64,000 nt of DNA from a virus. Lineage: Duplodnaviria; Caudoviricetes. Numbering within the stretch: the first letter of the stretch is position 1; each line of letters begins with the position of its first letter. A program made the position numbers and the translations under genes. The stretch is from IMG/VR virus record IMGVR_UViG_2901966883_000003; one strand, given 5' to 3'. Positions 38,310 to 48,872 of the stretch are shown one piece after another. The notes beneath the pieces are model-generated. The model did not search any database and was not told where the DNA came from. It saw nothing but the letters and a program-made list of their open reading frames with translations.

Positions 38310-38804
38310 TAATTTAATTAGATTTTTATATTAAACACTACTGTTGAATAGTGCTTAATAACAAAATCTAATTCATAGATTTTGTTAAGTTAGTCTGTAT
38401 TCTTTTTCTTATCATAGGTTAGAATACAGTAAGATTATATTCTATGATAAGGAGAGTCTCTAGGTATGCACTTGCCCTCTCGTACCAGCTTATTACTAAG
38501 TACCTAGAGTCTGACAGGTCAACATGGTCACAGTATTCCACGTCAGAATGCACTTATTTCTAAGGGTGCTTTTTTAACTTTCACAAGTACCTTCTTACAC
38601 CCTACAAATGACTAGGATGTAAGCTGGTATCATACTCCAGCGACCGAGAGTCTCACTCCGTCTCTGCTGTTGCTACTAACGACTTTGCTATACTGGTATA
38701 GCAATACACGTACTCGCAACGGATAACGAGGGTTAGCATGTACCTCGTACTTCTTGAAGGATGACCTTCTTAAAGTAAAATAAATTATTGAGTTTTGAAA
38801 GAAC
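38310..38804 (-). ncRNA. boxA-led structured leader RNA of the early operon
   Basis: GTTCTTTCAAAACTCAAT (rrn boxA-like) at 38787-38804, then ~450 nt with many stems and a 10-bp long-range pairing TACCAGCTTA/TAAGCTGGTA. Confidence 0.65.
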
Positions 38805-38807
38805 GCC

Positions 38808-39211
38808 GTACCTATAAGGTACATTTAAATGATAACTTTTTGTTTCTCACTTGTCAAGTACTTTTTTATTTTCTTGACAAGTGAGAAGCTTTAAAAACTT
38901 ATCACTTAAATGTACTTTTTAAGTACATTTTCAATTTATCATACTTCTTCTAACTTGTCAACTCTTTTTTTTGAAAAACTTTTAAAAAAATTCTGAAGCC
39001 TTAATTTTTAAGGCTTTAAAGTTTAATCAAGTAGAAGAAGATATTAAATTTTCATAGAACGTGTACTTTTAAAGTACGCTTTTATAATAACCTTTATTTT
39101 TTAGCTTGTCAAGTCTTTTTTTTAAAAAACTTTTAAAAGCCTTTAAAGTATTAAAATCGCGTACCTAACAAGTACAATAAACACTTTAAACCCTTATTGT
39201 TAGCTTGTCAA
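38808..39211 (-). promoter_or_regulatory. Four tandem leftward promoters, each with a GTAC-N7-GTAC operator over the start site
   Basis: TTGACA at 38852, 38956, 39107, 39206, each with a -10 at 17 bp; operators at 38808-38822, 38912-38926, 39063-39077, 39161-39175. Confidence 0.85.
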
Positions 39212-39366
39212 CAGTTTTTATAATATTTTTTGAAAAAAGATTGCTAACATCTAGTATAAAAACCCTTGAAAACCTTGATATAATAACGTTTGTAAGGTAT
39301 AATAAAAATAAGAAACTTGCTTGTTTCTTCTATTATATATAAAAATGAAAGGTTGAAATAATTTAT

Positions 39367-39723
39367 ATGTTGTATAATGAAAAATTAGTGCTAGATAATC
39401 TTAAGCTATTAAGGAATGAAAAAGGATATACACAAGATTATGTATCTAAATTTTTAGGTATTGCTCGTGGCTCTTATGCAAAAACAGAAAACGGTATTAA
39501 TAAAATAACCCTTGATATAGCTTTAAAATTAAGTAGATTGTATAATACAACTGTCGAGGAATTATTGTGCTTATCTAATAATAAAAATAATAAAAATCTT
39601 ATCAATGATAAAGAATTAGACACCATTTTGAAAACTGATGTTACATACAATGGTAAAACGCTTACAAGTACTGATATAATAGCATTGAAAGCCTTTTTAC
39701 AAGGCTTGACTTCTAGCAAGTAA
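39367..39723 (+). CDS. XRE-family HTH repressor
   Basis: NLKLLRNEKGYTQDYVSKFLGIARGSYAKTENG HTH; divergent from the operator array; promoter TTGATA-17-TATAAT at 39275-39303. Confidence 0.9.
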   Translation: MLYNEKLVLDNLKLLRNEKGYTQDYVSKFLGIARGSYAKTENGINKITLDIALKLSRLYNTTVEELLCLSNNKNNKNLINDKELDTILKTDVTYNGKTLTSTDIIALKAFLQGLTSSK

Positions 39724-40481
39724 ATTATAAGATGGTATTATTCAATCACGATTAAACCCTTATTTAATAAGGCTTTAATCGTTTTCATTTACTTTATGAA
39801 AACATTGTGAAAGCTTGATATAATAATGTTTTTGAATTGGTGTATTTTGTGAAGCTTTATTTTATGCTTATGTTTTTGTTATAAGTGTTTTATTATAATC
39901 TTATGGTGGTATGGTGCTATAAATGCTATTATATAAGGCTTTTCATAGTGTTATATATGGTTAGTATTATAGGTGTCTTATACGTGTATATATATGCAGT
40001 TAGTATGTATAATCTATATAATGTAAGCGTGATAAACATTGATATATCAAGGGTTTGAGCGTATGCAGTTTGAGTGAATGGTACTAGATGTTAATATAAT
40101 GTTATGCTTATCGTTATTAGTGCTTATTGTGTTGTTTTCTACTATAATATACATTTATGAGTTAACTTAAAGCTTTGACGGCTTGCAATGTTGTTACATC
40201 TAGTTAATACGCTAACTTATTGTAAGTAAATAAGCAGCTGCATCAAGTAGATGTTATTACTAACTAAAAGTAAGTATATAAGAGTGTGTTTATATGGTTA
40301 GTAGTTTAGAATAGTTATAAATTAGTGAATGTTATAAGGTTGTAAGTGTTATTACTTTAGAATAATTACAAGTTAGTATATTTTATTGAATTGTATTCTT
40401 TATTGGTTTAGAAAAATTATAAGTTAGTAATTATTATTGGTTTCTTGAATTTATTAGTTTAGAATTGTTATAAATTATAGA

Positions 40482-40497
40482 TGTTTCACGTGAAACA
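40482..40497. promoter_or_regulatory. parS: parS site (chromosomal ParB/Spo0J consensus)
   Basis: Exact TGTTTCACGTGAAACA palindrome in a long non-coding region. Confidence 0.85.
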
Positions 40498-42032
40498 TAT
40501 TATTTTAAATATAGTATTGTGTTATTGTGTGGAGTGTGGTATAATAGAGGGTTTGGTGTAACTAATTTTATTAATAGTGCAAAATATAAGTTATTCTTAT
40601 AGATACCATAAATTTTACTTATGAATGTATCTTCACTCTATTAATTTAAAGAATGCTTGATTTTATTCTGAAAACGCTTTCATTTTTAATCTTTTTCAAG
40701 CAGCTAAACATCTACTTTTTTAGCATTCATAAAATAACTAGAATTATTTTACATAGAGGAAGCCCCCTATTTATCTCAAATCTTTTAAATTTTGCACAAC
40801 CTTTCAGATACAGTAGCTCTCCCCACACACCCCAAATTCCTACCACACACCACAAATTCCATTCCCACACACCCCCATTCTAACTGTCTTACATTGCGTT
40901 TTTACTCCTAATTTAGCGGTGTTAGCAGCCTTAAAAGGCTATTCACCATCCCCTTCTTACATAAAATGATACTAACACCCCTTATTAAGCTCAAAAACAC
41001 TATAATCTCACACCTATACTTCTCATATCACTCATACACTACAACCAATACATTACATAACACAAATCTTATAATTCACAAACTCAATTCCAGCCATCAC
41101 AATCACTCCAATTATAATCTTCACAAAATCTTCACAATTTCCAGCTGCAAATTCACTCTACTTTTATAAAATATTTTGCTTTTTCATAGATTTTGACCTT
41201 TTTAGCTCGCTATAATTGCACTCAAAAATCACTCAAAATACAAGCTAAGACACATCAAGTTTTGTCTATAAATCATTGACAAAAGTCCCTGTGAGCTACA
41301 CCCTTGCAACAATACACTCGCAGCCACTCTACTGGTACGAAAATGGAAAGTTCTGATTTCTCTTTCATTCTTCCAAAAAATCTACCTTAATATGCCCATG
41401 TAAACAGTGAATTTTTCACTCACTCCAATTTACTTTTCTCCATACTTTACTATAACTTTATCTTATCTTTATAACATTATTACCTAGTTTTTATTCAGAT
41501 TTTATATTCATGCCTCTAAAATTACCCTTAATAAGCGACACATCTATATCTAGCTTTACAAGGTGGTAAACTTTATGTTTTTACCCCTAAAATCACTCAT
41601 TTCAGAAGTTATCATATTAGCCCCTTATTATCACGCTTACATTGAGTTTTCAAAACAAAATCCTAAAAATAGAATACCCACAAATGCTAAACAGACCTTA
41701 TTTATATGGTTTTTAAGACTTATATGACAATCACTCCCTTATCATGCGTTAAAATACCGTATGTAAATCTATAATGCTGCTTATTATGGTGTAATTCATG
41801 ATACGACTATGATATTGTTCCTTAATTAAGACAAAATAAAAGACCGATACAAATTAATGTAACGGTCTGGAACTCAATTTAGTAACAAACTATGGAGTGT
41901 GATGTTACTAGTATTTTAAGACTAACTCTATAGGCAGAAGGGTTAGTCGGAAAAATATCACATTGGTGACACAGGCGGGCAAAAAGGAGAAAGCCCCTGT
42001 ATCACCTTTTATTATATCACTATTTAGCTTGA

Positions 42033-42479
42033 TTAGATAGGTCTTAAGCTCTTATCTCTATCAAAATACATTCTGACAATATCATCTAACTTGTCGATTT
42101 TATACGCCTTAGTGTCGGGATGTGTAGTCCAATAATTCACCAATGAAAATGTAGCCTCGTTATCGTATTTGATATTCTCTACAATCTTATATCCGTCAAA
42201 CACTCTTCTTGTAAGGTCTTTTAACCTTGCTGATGTGTATCTCTTGTCATCTAATACTAATGGGTCGTCAATGTATTCGCATAAATCATTAAACTTCGCA
42301 CTCTTCTTGCTCTTGTTTGCGTCTAATTCCATATACGTATCAATCACTTCGTCGAAACGAACTAGGTTTTTACTACCACATACACAGCACATATTCGCAT
42401 AATCTGGGTTTTCTGTTCTACATTCTTTACAAAGTTTCATATTAACCATTCTCCCTAAGTAATTTCCTAAAGTTTTCAT
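42033..42479 (-). CDS. Zinc-ribbon protein with partition-adaptor-like C-terminus
   Basis: CKEC...CCVC; IKYDNEATFSLVNYW motif. Confidence 0.7.
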   Translation of the reverse strand: MKTLGNYLGRMVNMKLCKECRTENPDYANMCCVCGSKNLVRFDEVIDTYMELDANKSKKSAKFNDLCEYIDDPLVLDDKRYTSARLKDLTRRVFDGYKIVENIKYDNEATFSLVNYWTTHPDTKAYKIDKLDDIVRMYFDRDKSLRPI

Positions 42480-42843
42480 ATAAATCCTTTTCGTCTTGAG
42501 GTATATGATTAGACCAAAATTCTAACAACCATGCAATAGCTTCGTAATCGTATTTAACTTGTTCCATTCTCTTGAATATCGTTAAATCACCCTTAACACC
42601 TTCATTAACTTTAATATTAACAGCTTGATTTTGGTTCTTAGGTTTATCTTCGGTTACCTTATCTTCTGGTTCTGGTGGTAGAATATCTAAATCATTGCTG
42701 TCAAGCTGCTGCTCGCTAGGATTTATATCAACAACACCAAATGTTTCGGTTAGCTTATACGCACAAAATTTACAATATATTGAGTCATTATCGTTATTGT
42801 TATGACAATTTGGACAAATCATAGTTATACCTCCTATAATCAT
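42442..42843 (-). CDS. Zinc-ribbon protein with partition-adaptor-like C-terminus
   Basis: CPNC...CKFC; VKYDYEAIAWLLEFW motif. Confidence 0.72.
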   Translation of the reverse strand: MIIGGITMICPNCHNNNDNDSIYCKFCAYKLTETFGVVDINPSEQQLDSNDLDILPPEPEDKVTEDKPKNQNQAVNIKVNEGVKGDLTIFKRMEQVKYDYEAIAWLLEFWSNHIPQDEKDLYENFRKLLRENG

Positions 42844-42979
42844 TCGGTTTATACTAAAATTACAACGTAGTGTTAATTATATCGCTGTAATAGTTAATAT
42901 TACGTGATAATTACATGTAAGTTGTAATATATCTTAGGCTTTAATTAACTTATAACAACGTAGGAATAATTAATATCTG

Positions 42980-43426
42980 TTACTTAATCATATTCCTATT
43001 TAGTTCTGATAGTTGTTTGTATAAAGCTCTTTGGCTTTCATCAGCATTAGCTACCCAGAAGTCTAGTAGTCTTGCTAAGGCTTCGTAGTCAAACTTAATA
43101 CCTACAACAGACTTAAAAGCTGTTATGTCTGCTTTAAGACCTTTGTTAATTCTAAAGCCAGCTTGTTGGTTAACTAGATTCTTGCGTTGTTTCTTGGCAG
43201 CACCTTCTTTTTCCAAGATGTTCTTCTGCAATTCAACCATAGACATTTCGTTAACATCTTTTACTGGTTCTTTTTCTACTACCTCTTCTTTTTCCTCAGC
43301 CTTAACAGGTGTTTCTTTCACTTCTTGTTCTTCTTCCTTGTAAGCCTGTTGTGGAATAGAGTTCTTATCCATTTGCCTAGACTTAGCCATCTTAGTTAAA
43401 AATCCACTTTGTTTCTTCTCTGCCAT
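42980..43426 (-). CDS. Small partition adaptor (type Ib, RHH/DUF5388-like centromere-binding protein)
   Basis: Directly after parA; disordered N-terminus; GFRINKGLKADI...IKFDYEALARLLDFW. Confidence 0.65.
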   Translation of the reverse strand: MAEKKQSGFLTKMAKSRQMDKNSIPQQAYKEEEQEVKETPVKAEEKEEVVEKEPVKDVNEMSMVELQKNILEKEGAAKKQRKNLVNQQAGFRINKGLKADITAFKSVVGIKFDYEALARLLDFWVANADESQRALYKQLSELNRNMIK

Positions 43427-43442
43427 GATAATTCCTCCAATA

Positions 43443-44333
43443 TTATCCTAAAAAGTCGTTAATTCTTTGAGCAAATTCAGTAGATACTTTGCGGTATACG
43501 TTCAATACTTGAGTATCGAATCTATCATCTTCACCAATACCTTGAATATGGAATCTCTTTATACGTTCCATGTTAGGCACTACATCAGAAAATACTATTT
43601 CTTCACCCATGTCATTCTTTACTTGTTCCATAATAGCCAAATCAACAGAACCACGTCTGTTATTTAATACAGCTAATAGACCCAACAATTCGATAGATAG
43701 ATTATACTTAACTTTCAAGTCAACCAACTTATCTATATATACCTCAGCACCTTTTAGTGAACCACTTTGTGTTTGCAAAGAGATTAATACAAAATCTGCA
43801 AATACGATAGCATTATCTCTGACTTCACCAATTTGAGGTGGCATATCCAAAATAATGACATCATAATCTTTTGTTAATGGGTCTAACAATGGTTTCAAGA
43901 AATGACTTTCTTCTTCTTCTGTATCTGCGTGTTTGTATAGGTACTTAACAAATCCTTCAAAGTCTGCGTAGCTTGGCAGCAAATACAAGTTATCCTTTAT
44001 TCTAACTGGAAGGTCTGTTAAATCACCGTCAGCAATACCAGACATAATAGTCTTCCCTACCATAGGATATTCTGTTGATGGTGCTTTCCTACTTACAGCG
44101 TCCCTAATACCAGTATGTATTAATGTTTGACTAGCATTTGCCTGTGGGTCTAAGTCGATTACAAGTGTTTTAACACCATTCTCGGCTAATATATAGGAAA
44201 TCAAAGTTGAGTTAGCAGTCTTACCAACCCCACCCTTTTGATTACCAACAACGACTGAAACAGCCTTGCCTCTTTTTGCAACAACATCTTTTAGTTTATT
44301 AAATACAGTTTTATCGTACTCCATGTTTTTCAC
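43443..44333 (-). CDS. parA: ParA/Soj partition ATPase
   Basis: NQKGGVGKT, IDLDPQANAS, YDVIILDMPP. Confidence 0.95.
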   Translation of the reverse strand: MKNMEYDKTVFNKLKDVVAKRGKAVSVVVGNQKGGVGKTANSTLISYILAENGVKTLVIDLDPQANASQTLIHTGIRDAVSRKAPSTEYPMVGKTIMSGIADGDLTDLPVRIKDNLYLLPSYADFEGFVKYLYKHADTEEEESHFLKPLLDPLTKDYDVIILDMPPQIGEVRDNAIVFADFVLISLQTQSGSLKGAEVYIDKLVDLKVKYNLSIELLGLLAVLNNRRGSVDLAIMEQVKNDMGEEIVFSDVVPNMERIKRFHIQGIGEDDRFDTQVLNVYRKVSTEFAQRINDFLG

Positions 44334-44399
44334 CTTCCAGTACTCCTATTTACATCTTTCATTATATCTCTAAAAAAGTTTTTGTCAACTACTGATGAA

Positions 44400-44660
44400 T
44401 TAAATTTCACGTAAGATATATTAACTCTTTAACTCTTTTATCTTGCGTGAAAATTAACACTTTAACACCTACATGATATTATCACATAATATAAAATAAC
44501 TCTTTAACTCGCAGATGTTTTTAATTTTTATATCCTACGTTGTAAATTTTTAAAGAAATGCCTTTATATCAGTACTTAGAATTAGGTTAATTACAACGTG
44601 GCTTTATTTATATTATATCAACGTATATCTTAGGCTGATATAAACTCTTTAATCTATTTG
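44400..44660. repeat. Centromere-like short repeats upstream of parA
   Basis: Several AACTCTTTAA copies; TTACAACGT and TATATCTTAGGCT also recur at 42860-42960 on the far side of the par genes. Confidence 0.55.
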
Positions 44661-45099
44661 ACTGTTAGCTCCTAGATATTAATTAATTCATAATAACCAA
44701 CTATTAAAAATATAATTAAACTATATCCTTACCCTTGCTAAAGATGTAAAAAGTTAATTACTATCTCCTAATTTAACCCTACTATTCCGCTTTCTTTTGT
44801 GTTATATTGAACATAAGAAGTAGGGTAGGGCGGTTATATATACTACGTACGCTGCGTACATATCTCACATCTTATAACTCTCCGCCAGACTTCATATAAT
44901 CGCTTGTGAGCAACTTTAAAAATACATGAGTGTAATTAGCCAGACTTCGTGTAAAGTGCTCAAAACGATTTAAAACATGAAAAAACTTAACATGTCTTCA
45001 TTTTCCTGGTAAGATATATTATGCTAAAGAAATAACCCACGTAATTACCTTAGATAACTACGTGAGTATATATCCAAATAAATTGATAGAATTTTAGAC

Positions 45100-45430
45100 A
45101 AAAAAAATAACCGTTAGTTTTGGCGAACTACGGTTGATAAACAAATTAAATAAATCTATTAAATTATCAAATAGCTTACGTTTTGGCGAACGCAAGCAAC
45201 ACAACAAAAAAAAAGAAACGAAGGTGATATTAAAATCATTAACCACAGAACGAAAATTATAAAGAAAACCTTAAACAAAAACAGAAGGGTATTCTTATAT
45301 GACTAACACTTAATAAAAATCAACTAAATGAAATCAGATGACAATCAATTAGGTGGAAATCAAAAAGTATTCAAATGTGATTAACGCTTCTTTATTGCGT
45401 TACCTATATTATAGCACATTGCTTTTTGGT
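45100..45430. promoter_or_regulatory. repA leader with twin hairpins and an antisense (copy-control) promoter
   Basis: Hairpins at ~45110-45135 and ~45174-45197 share the GTTTTGGCGAAC top; minus-strand TGCTATAAT near 45410. Confidence 0.55.
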
Positions 45431-45472
45431 TTTCATCATAAAAATACTTAGTACGGAAGAAGGAAAATAATT

Positions 45473-46522
45473 ATGATGGAATTAAAAGGCGAAGATACAA
45501 TGGGACGTGCATTCGTTTCTATAAACACAGATTTAGTTAACAATCCAAAGTATAGAAGTTTAGGAACAACAGGTTGGTTTTTATATTCCTTGTATGAACA
45601 ACGTCAACAAGTATCACAATATCATAGTTTGAACGGGGATAAGACATTTACAGACAACAATGGTGCATTTATCTACTTCTCCAATGAAGAGGCTGCAGAT
45701 ATCTTAGGTGTTTCTTTGCGTAAATTAACACAACTACGCAAGCAACTTATCGAATGTGGTCTTATTAAAGTAGTTCGTCATGGTTTAAGAAACTTCAAGA
45801 TTTATGTAAATCAACCAGAACTTACACCAGATGATGTTGAACTAAAAATGAAATGGTCTAACTTTAGTTTTGAAAAGAAAGAAATGGCTCAAAACGTTGA
45901 TACTACGCTAGTAGCAAATAATGCTAGTGACTACTCGCAAAATATGCCAATAAATCAATCTAACAATAATCAATCTAAATCTAATATTACAAGAGAAACA
46001 AATGAAACAGACACTCCCGCACAAAAATCTGGTGTACAACCTGTTTCTCAACCCACTGAACAAGATTTGGACGATATGGCAATTAAATCATTGGAAGAAA
46101 AGGTAGCTCCTGTATTAACTAAATCTACATTTGGACGTATTAAGACACTATCACAAGGTAGTTACAGCAAAGCTAAGTGGTTTGTAGACACTATCTTCAA
46201 GGCAAAGAGCCAAGTTGAAAGCAAGTTATTATCTAGTGATACATGGTTGTATTCACCAGCAAGTAAGGACGCTACACGTTTTGAAACTAATGAATTGTTG
46301 TCTAAAGGGTTGGAATCTGCATTATTACAAATCGCTGAACATGTATATCGTGGCAAAGAAACTATCAGAAATGCCAGCAGCTTTATCTATGTTTATATCC
46401 GTAACTTCATGGCTAGTGCTGTAAGAAACTACATCAAAGACAACTATGAACTCGTAGAAGATGATGAAATTGAATTAAATATGCTCATGAATTTCAAAAC
46501 ACCAGCAGCTTTTGTAGCCTAA
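45473..46522 (+). CDS. repA: RepA_N-family plasmid replication initiator
   Basis: F.SINTDLVNNPKYRSL...LYSL...D.NG.FIYFSNEE.ADILGVS...L...GLI; low-complexity linker where RepA_N origins normally lie. Confidence 0.88.
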   Translation: MMELKGEDTMGRAFVSINTDLVNNPKYRSLGTTGWFLYSLYEQRQQVSQYHSLNGDKTFTDNNGAFIYFSNEEAADILGVSLRKLTQLRKQLIECGLIKVVRHGLRNFKIYVNQPELTPDDVELKMKWSNFSFEKKEMAQNVDTTLVANNASDYSQNMPINQSNNNQSKSNITRETNETDTPAQKSGVQPVSQPTEQDLDDMAIKSLEEKVAPVLTKSTFGRIKTLSQGSYSKAKWFVDTIFKAKSQVESKLLSSDTWLYSPASKDATRFETNELLSKGLESALLQIAEHVYRGKETIRNASSFIYVYIRNFMASAVRNYIKDNYELVEDDEIELNMLMNFKTPAAFVA

Positions 46523-46726
46523 AACACTAAAGTTTTATACCGAAAACGTGAATATATATTGACTTCTGTTTAATTTTTGATACAATAACAGGTATAGAGC
46601 GTTGTTAAAAATGACAATAAACAGTTTATGTATATGTGCGAAATATACATAAAAACATCAAAAGTGTTAAAAATAACTACGCTTAAATCACGAAAAACTA
46701 GCATAATAAGCTAAATTTATCTTAAA

Positions 46727-47635
46727 GTGAGGCATATCTATTTGGAACAAATTAGTAAAACAGAACGAAAAATCGATGCGATTAAAAGCAAATACAAAGT
46801 TGGAAAACCGAATGGTGTACTTGAAAGCTATTCACGCTTACCATTCTTTAAAATTCATAGGTTCTTCCTTGAAGCAGATGGTCGTGTTATCTACTATGGT
46901 GACGAAGGTAGATGTTTCTTAAAAATGCAAGATGTTGGTTTGTATTTTTATCTCAACATGATTGCCACAGAAAATGGTGTAGATAGTTTTTCAAGAGTTC
47001 AATTATTTAATAGTGACGAGATAAGAAACTCTATTAAGGATTTATTAAGCAAATCCAGTGGTGACTCACGTGCTTCAAAAACTATTCGTGACTCCTTTAT
47101 GAGATTAAAGGCTGCTGAATTAATAGTGTGTGACATTGATAACAGTACAAGCATAGAAAGTTACCACAATATCAAAATACCACATAAACATAATACGTAT
47201 AAAACTAAAGGGTTCTTCCGTTTCTACTATGTTGACATACAAAAAGCCATAGAGAAAATTAAAGACGGTGTGATAGACCTAAGTACTAGAGATTTCTTGA
47301 ATTTGCTAGGTGTTTATACAGTTTCATCATTAATATTCTATAACGAGCATGGGAGTAATTATCTTGGCAACGGTATTGTTACAGTTGACAGCTTTTCTGT
47401 GTCTAGGTATGCCAACAGAATTGACTTTACATTTGGCTTAAAACTAACAGGTGGTGTAAGAAAAAAAGGTGTAAAGGAATATATGGATATTTTAGAGGAG
47501 CTTGGGTTAATGGTATCTATGGGAGTGAACTCTAAAATGTACGAAAATCGTTTCACGCTTTATACATTTCCAAAGAATATTGGACAATTCTATAAGATTA
47601 TTGAAGATATTTATGAACAAATGGGTGAAGAGTAG
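46727..47635 (+). CDS. Hypothetical winged-helix-like protein
   Basis: DVGLYFYLN, IRDSFMRLKAAELI, YMDILEELGLM; resembles 48012..48872. Confidence 0.6.
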   Translation: MRHIYLEQISKTERKIDAIKSKYKVGKPNGVLESYSRLPFFKIHRFFLEADGRVIYYGDEGRCFLKMQDVGLYFYLNMIATENGVDSFSRVQLFNSDEIRNSIKDLLSKSSGDSRASKTIRDSFMRLKAAELIVCDIDNSTSIESYHNIKIPHKHNTYKTKGFFRFYYVDIQKAIEKIKDGVIDLSTRDFLNLLGVYTVSSLIFYNEHGSNYLGNGIVTVDSFSVSRYANRIDFTFGLKLTGGVRKKGVKEYMDILEELGLMVSMGVNSKMYENRFTLYTFPKNIGQFYKIIEDIYEQMGEE

Positions 47636-48011
47636 TCATTAACATAATGTACCCTTGTTTATCAATTTTAAAAGTTTAGTAGGAAAAAAATCCTACTTAA
47701 AAAAAATTACGGTATTTAATTTGAACACAAAAGAAAATAAAATGTTAAAATTAACGACACTTATTTTTCTAAAACCGTTGATACGACTGGATTTCTAAGG
47801 GGAAAAGAAGAAAGTAAAAGAAGAAATATATAAACATAAGAACCTATAAATAGGTTTATAATATCTGGAATAGAAGGGAGAGATTAATATCTCTAAATAC
47901 TATACTACTACTCCTAATACTAAAAAATATATAGAAGCTACTACTCATTATCTTAATGCTAAATACTTTCACCTCTTAAAGAGAGGAAAGTATGACTATA
48001 CTAATTCTAGT

Positions 48012-48872
48012 ATGTTTAAACTACCTAAGATTAAATACAATAAATATGATGATATAACCTTATTTGATTTTGGAGTTTACACCTATATTAACTCATTAAC
48101 AACCAGATATTATGATTACACTAATTATATTGAAATGACTAATAAGAAAATGTTACTCCAAAGCATTAAGATGATTTTTGCCAAAAGCAATAATCACAAT
48201 CTTCGTATCATGCCAAAGGTAAAAGAAACCATTGACAAATTAGAGAAGTATAGACTGCTTGATTTTGAACGTAATAGGGTAGCAATACCTCTTGTACAAG
48301 AAAGATATACTTATATCCCACATATTGATATTGAGCATATCACCAATGCAATGCTTGAAACGAACTACAAACACATGAAGTATTTCGAGGCATTAGGTAC
48401 TTATGCGTTAATGTGTTCAACCAACTTCTCAGAAAATACTAATAGGCTTAACTCATCAGCAAATGGTATTGTCATTGCCCCACGTTCAGTAAGAGCTTGG
48501 ACAGCAGCGAAGATTAATGTAATTAAGTCTGATATTCCAAGCAAAAGGAAGCTGGATAAGGAGGAGCAAGACAAGTATTCAAATCAAGTCATTGATAATG
48601 CTCTTGACTGGTTAGAAGATAACAATCTCGTAGCAACTGTTCATATTTACGACTATCATCCCAAATTCCAAGATTTTAGAGAAACAACCTACTACACTTC
48701 ATTCAGAAACATAGAAGGCTTATATTATTTTTATGAAACATATGCTAATTCAGAGTATAATAAGTATATAAAGCTGGATGAAGTTGACGCAATGAAGAAC
48801 TATAACGGTTCTGTAAACGTCATAACAGAAGAATACTGCCAGCAGATGAACGATATTATCCAAACAATCTAA
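48012..48872 (+). CDS. Hypothetical winged-helix-like protein
   Basis: DFGVYTYIN, VKETIDKLEKYRLL, ALDWLEDNNLV. Confidence 0.6.
   Translation: MFKLPKIKYNKYDDITLFDFGVYTYINSLTTRYYDYTNYIEMTNKKMLLQSIKMIFAKSNNHNLRIMPKVKETIDKLEKYRLLDFERNRVAIPLVQERYTYIPHIDIEHITNAMLETNYKHMKYFEALGTYALMCSTNFSENTNRLNSSANGIVIAPRSVRAWTAAKINVIKSDIPSKRKLDKEEQDKYSNQVIDNALDWLEDNNLVATVHIYDYHPKFQDFRETTYYTSFRNIEGLYYFYETYANSEYNKYIKLDEVDAMKNYNGSVNVITEEYCQQMNDIIQTI

Noticed and set aside
38800-39300. Operator array as a CRISPR array or LexA boxes
   Set aside because: Spacing is irregular, the units are promoters, and the motif is GTAC-N7-GTAC, not GAAC-N4-GTTC.
40653-41169. Two short ORFs in the non-coding island
   Set aside because: His/Thr/Pro bias simply reflects the C/A skew; no RBS.
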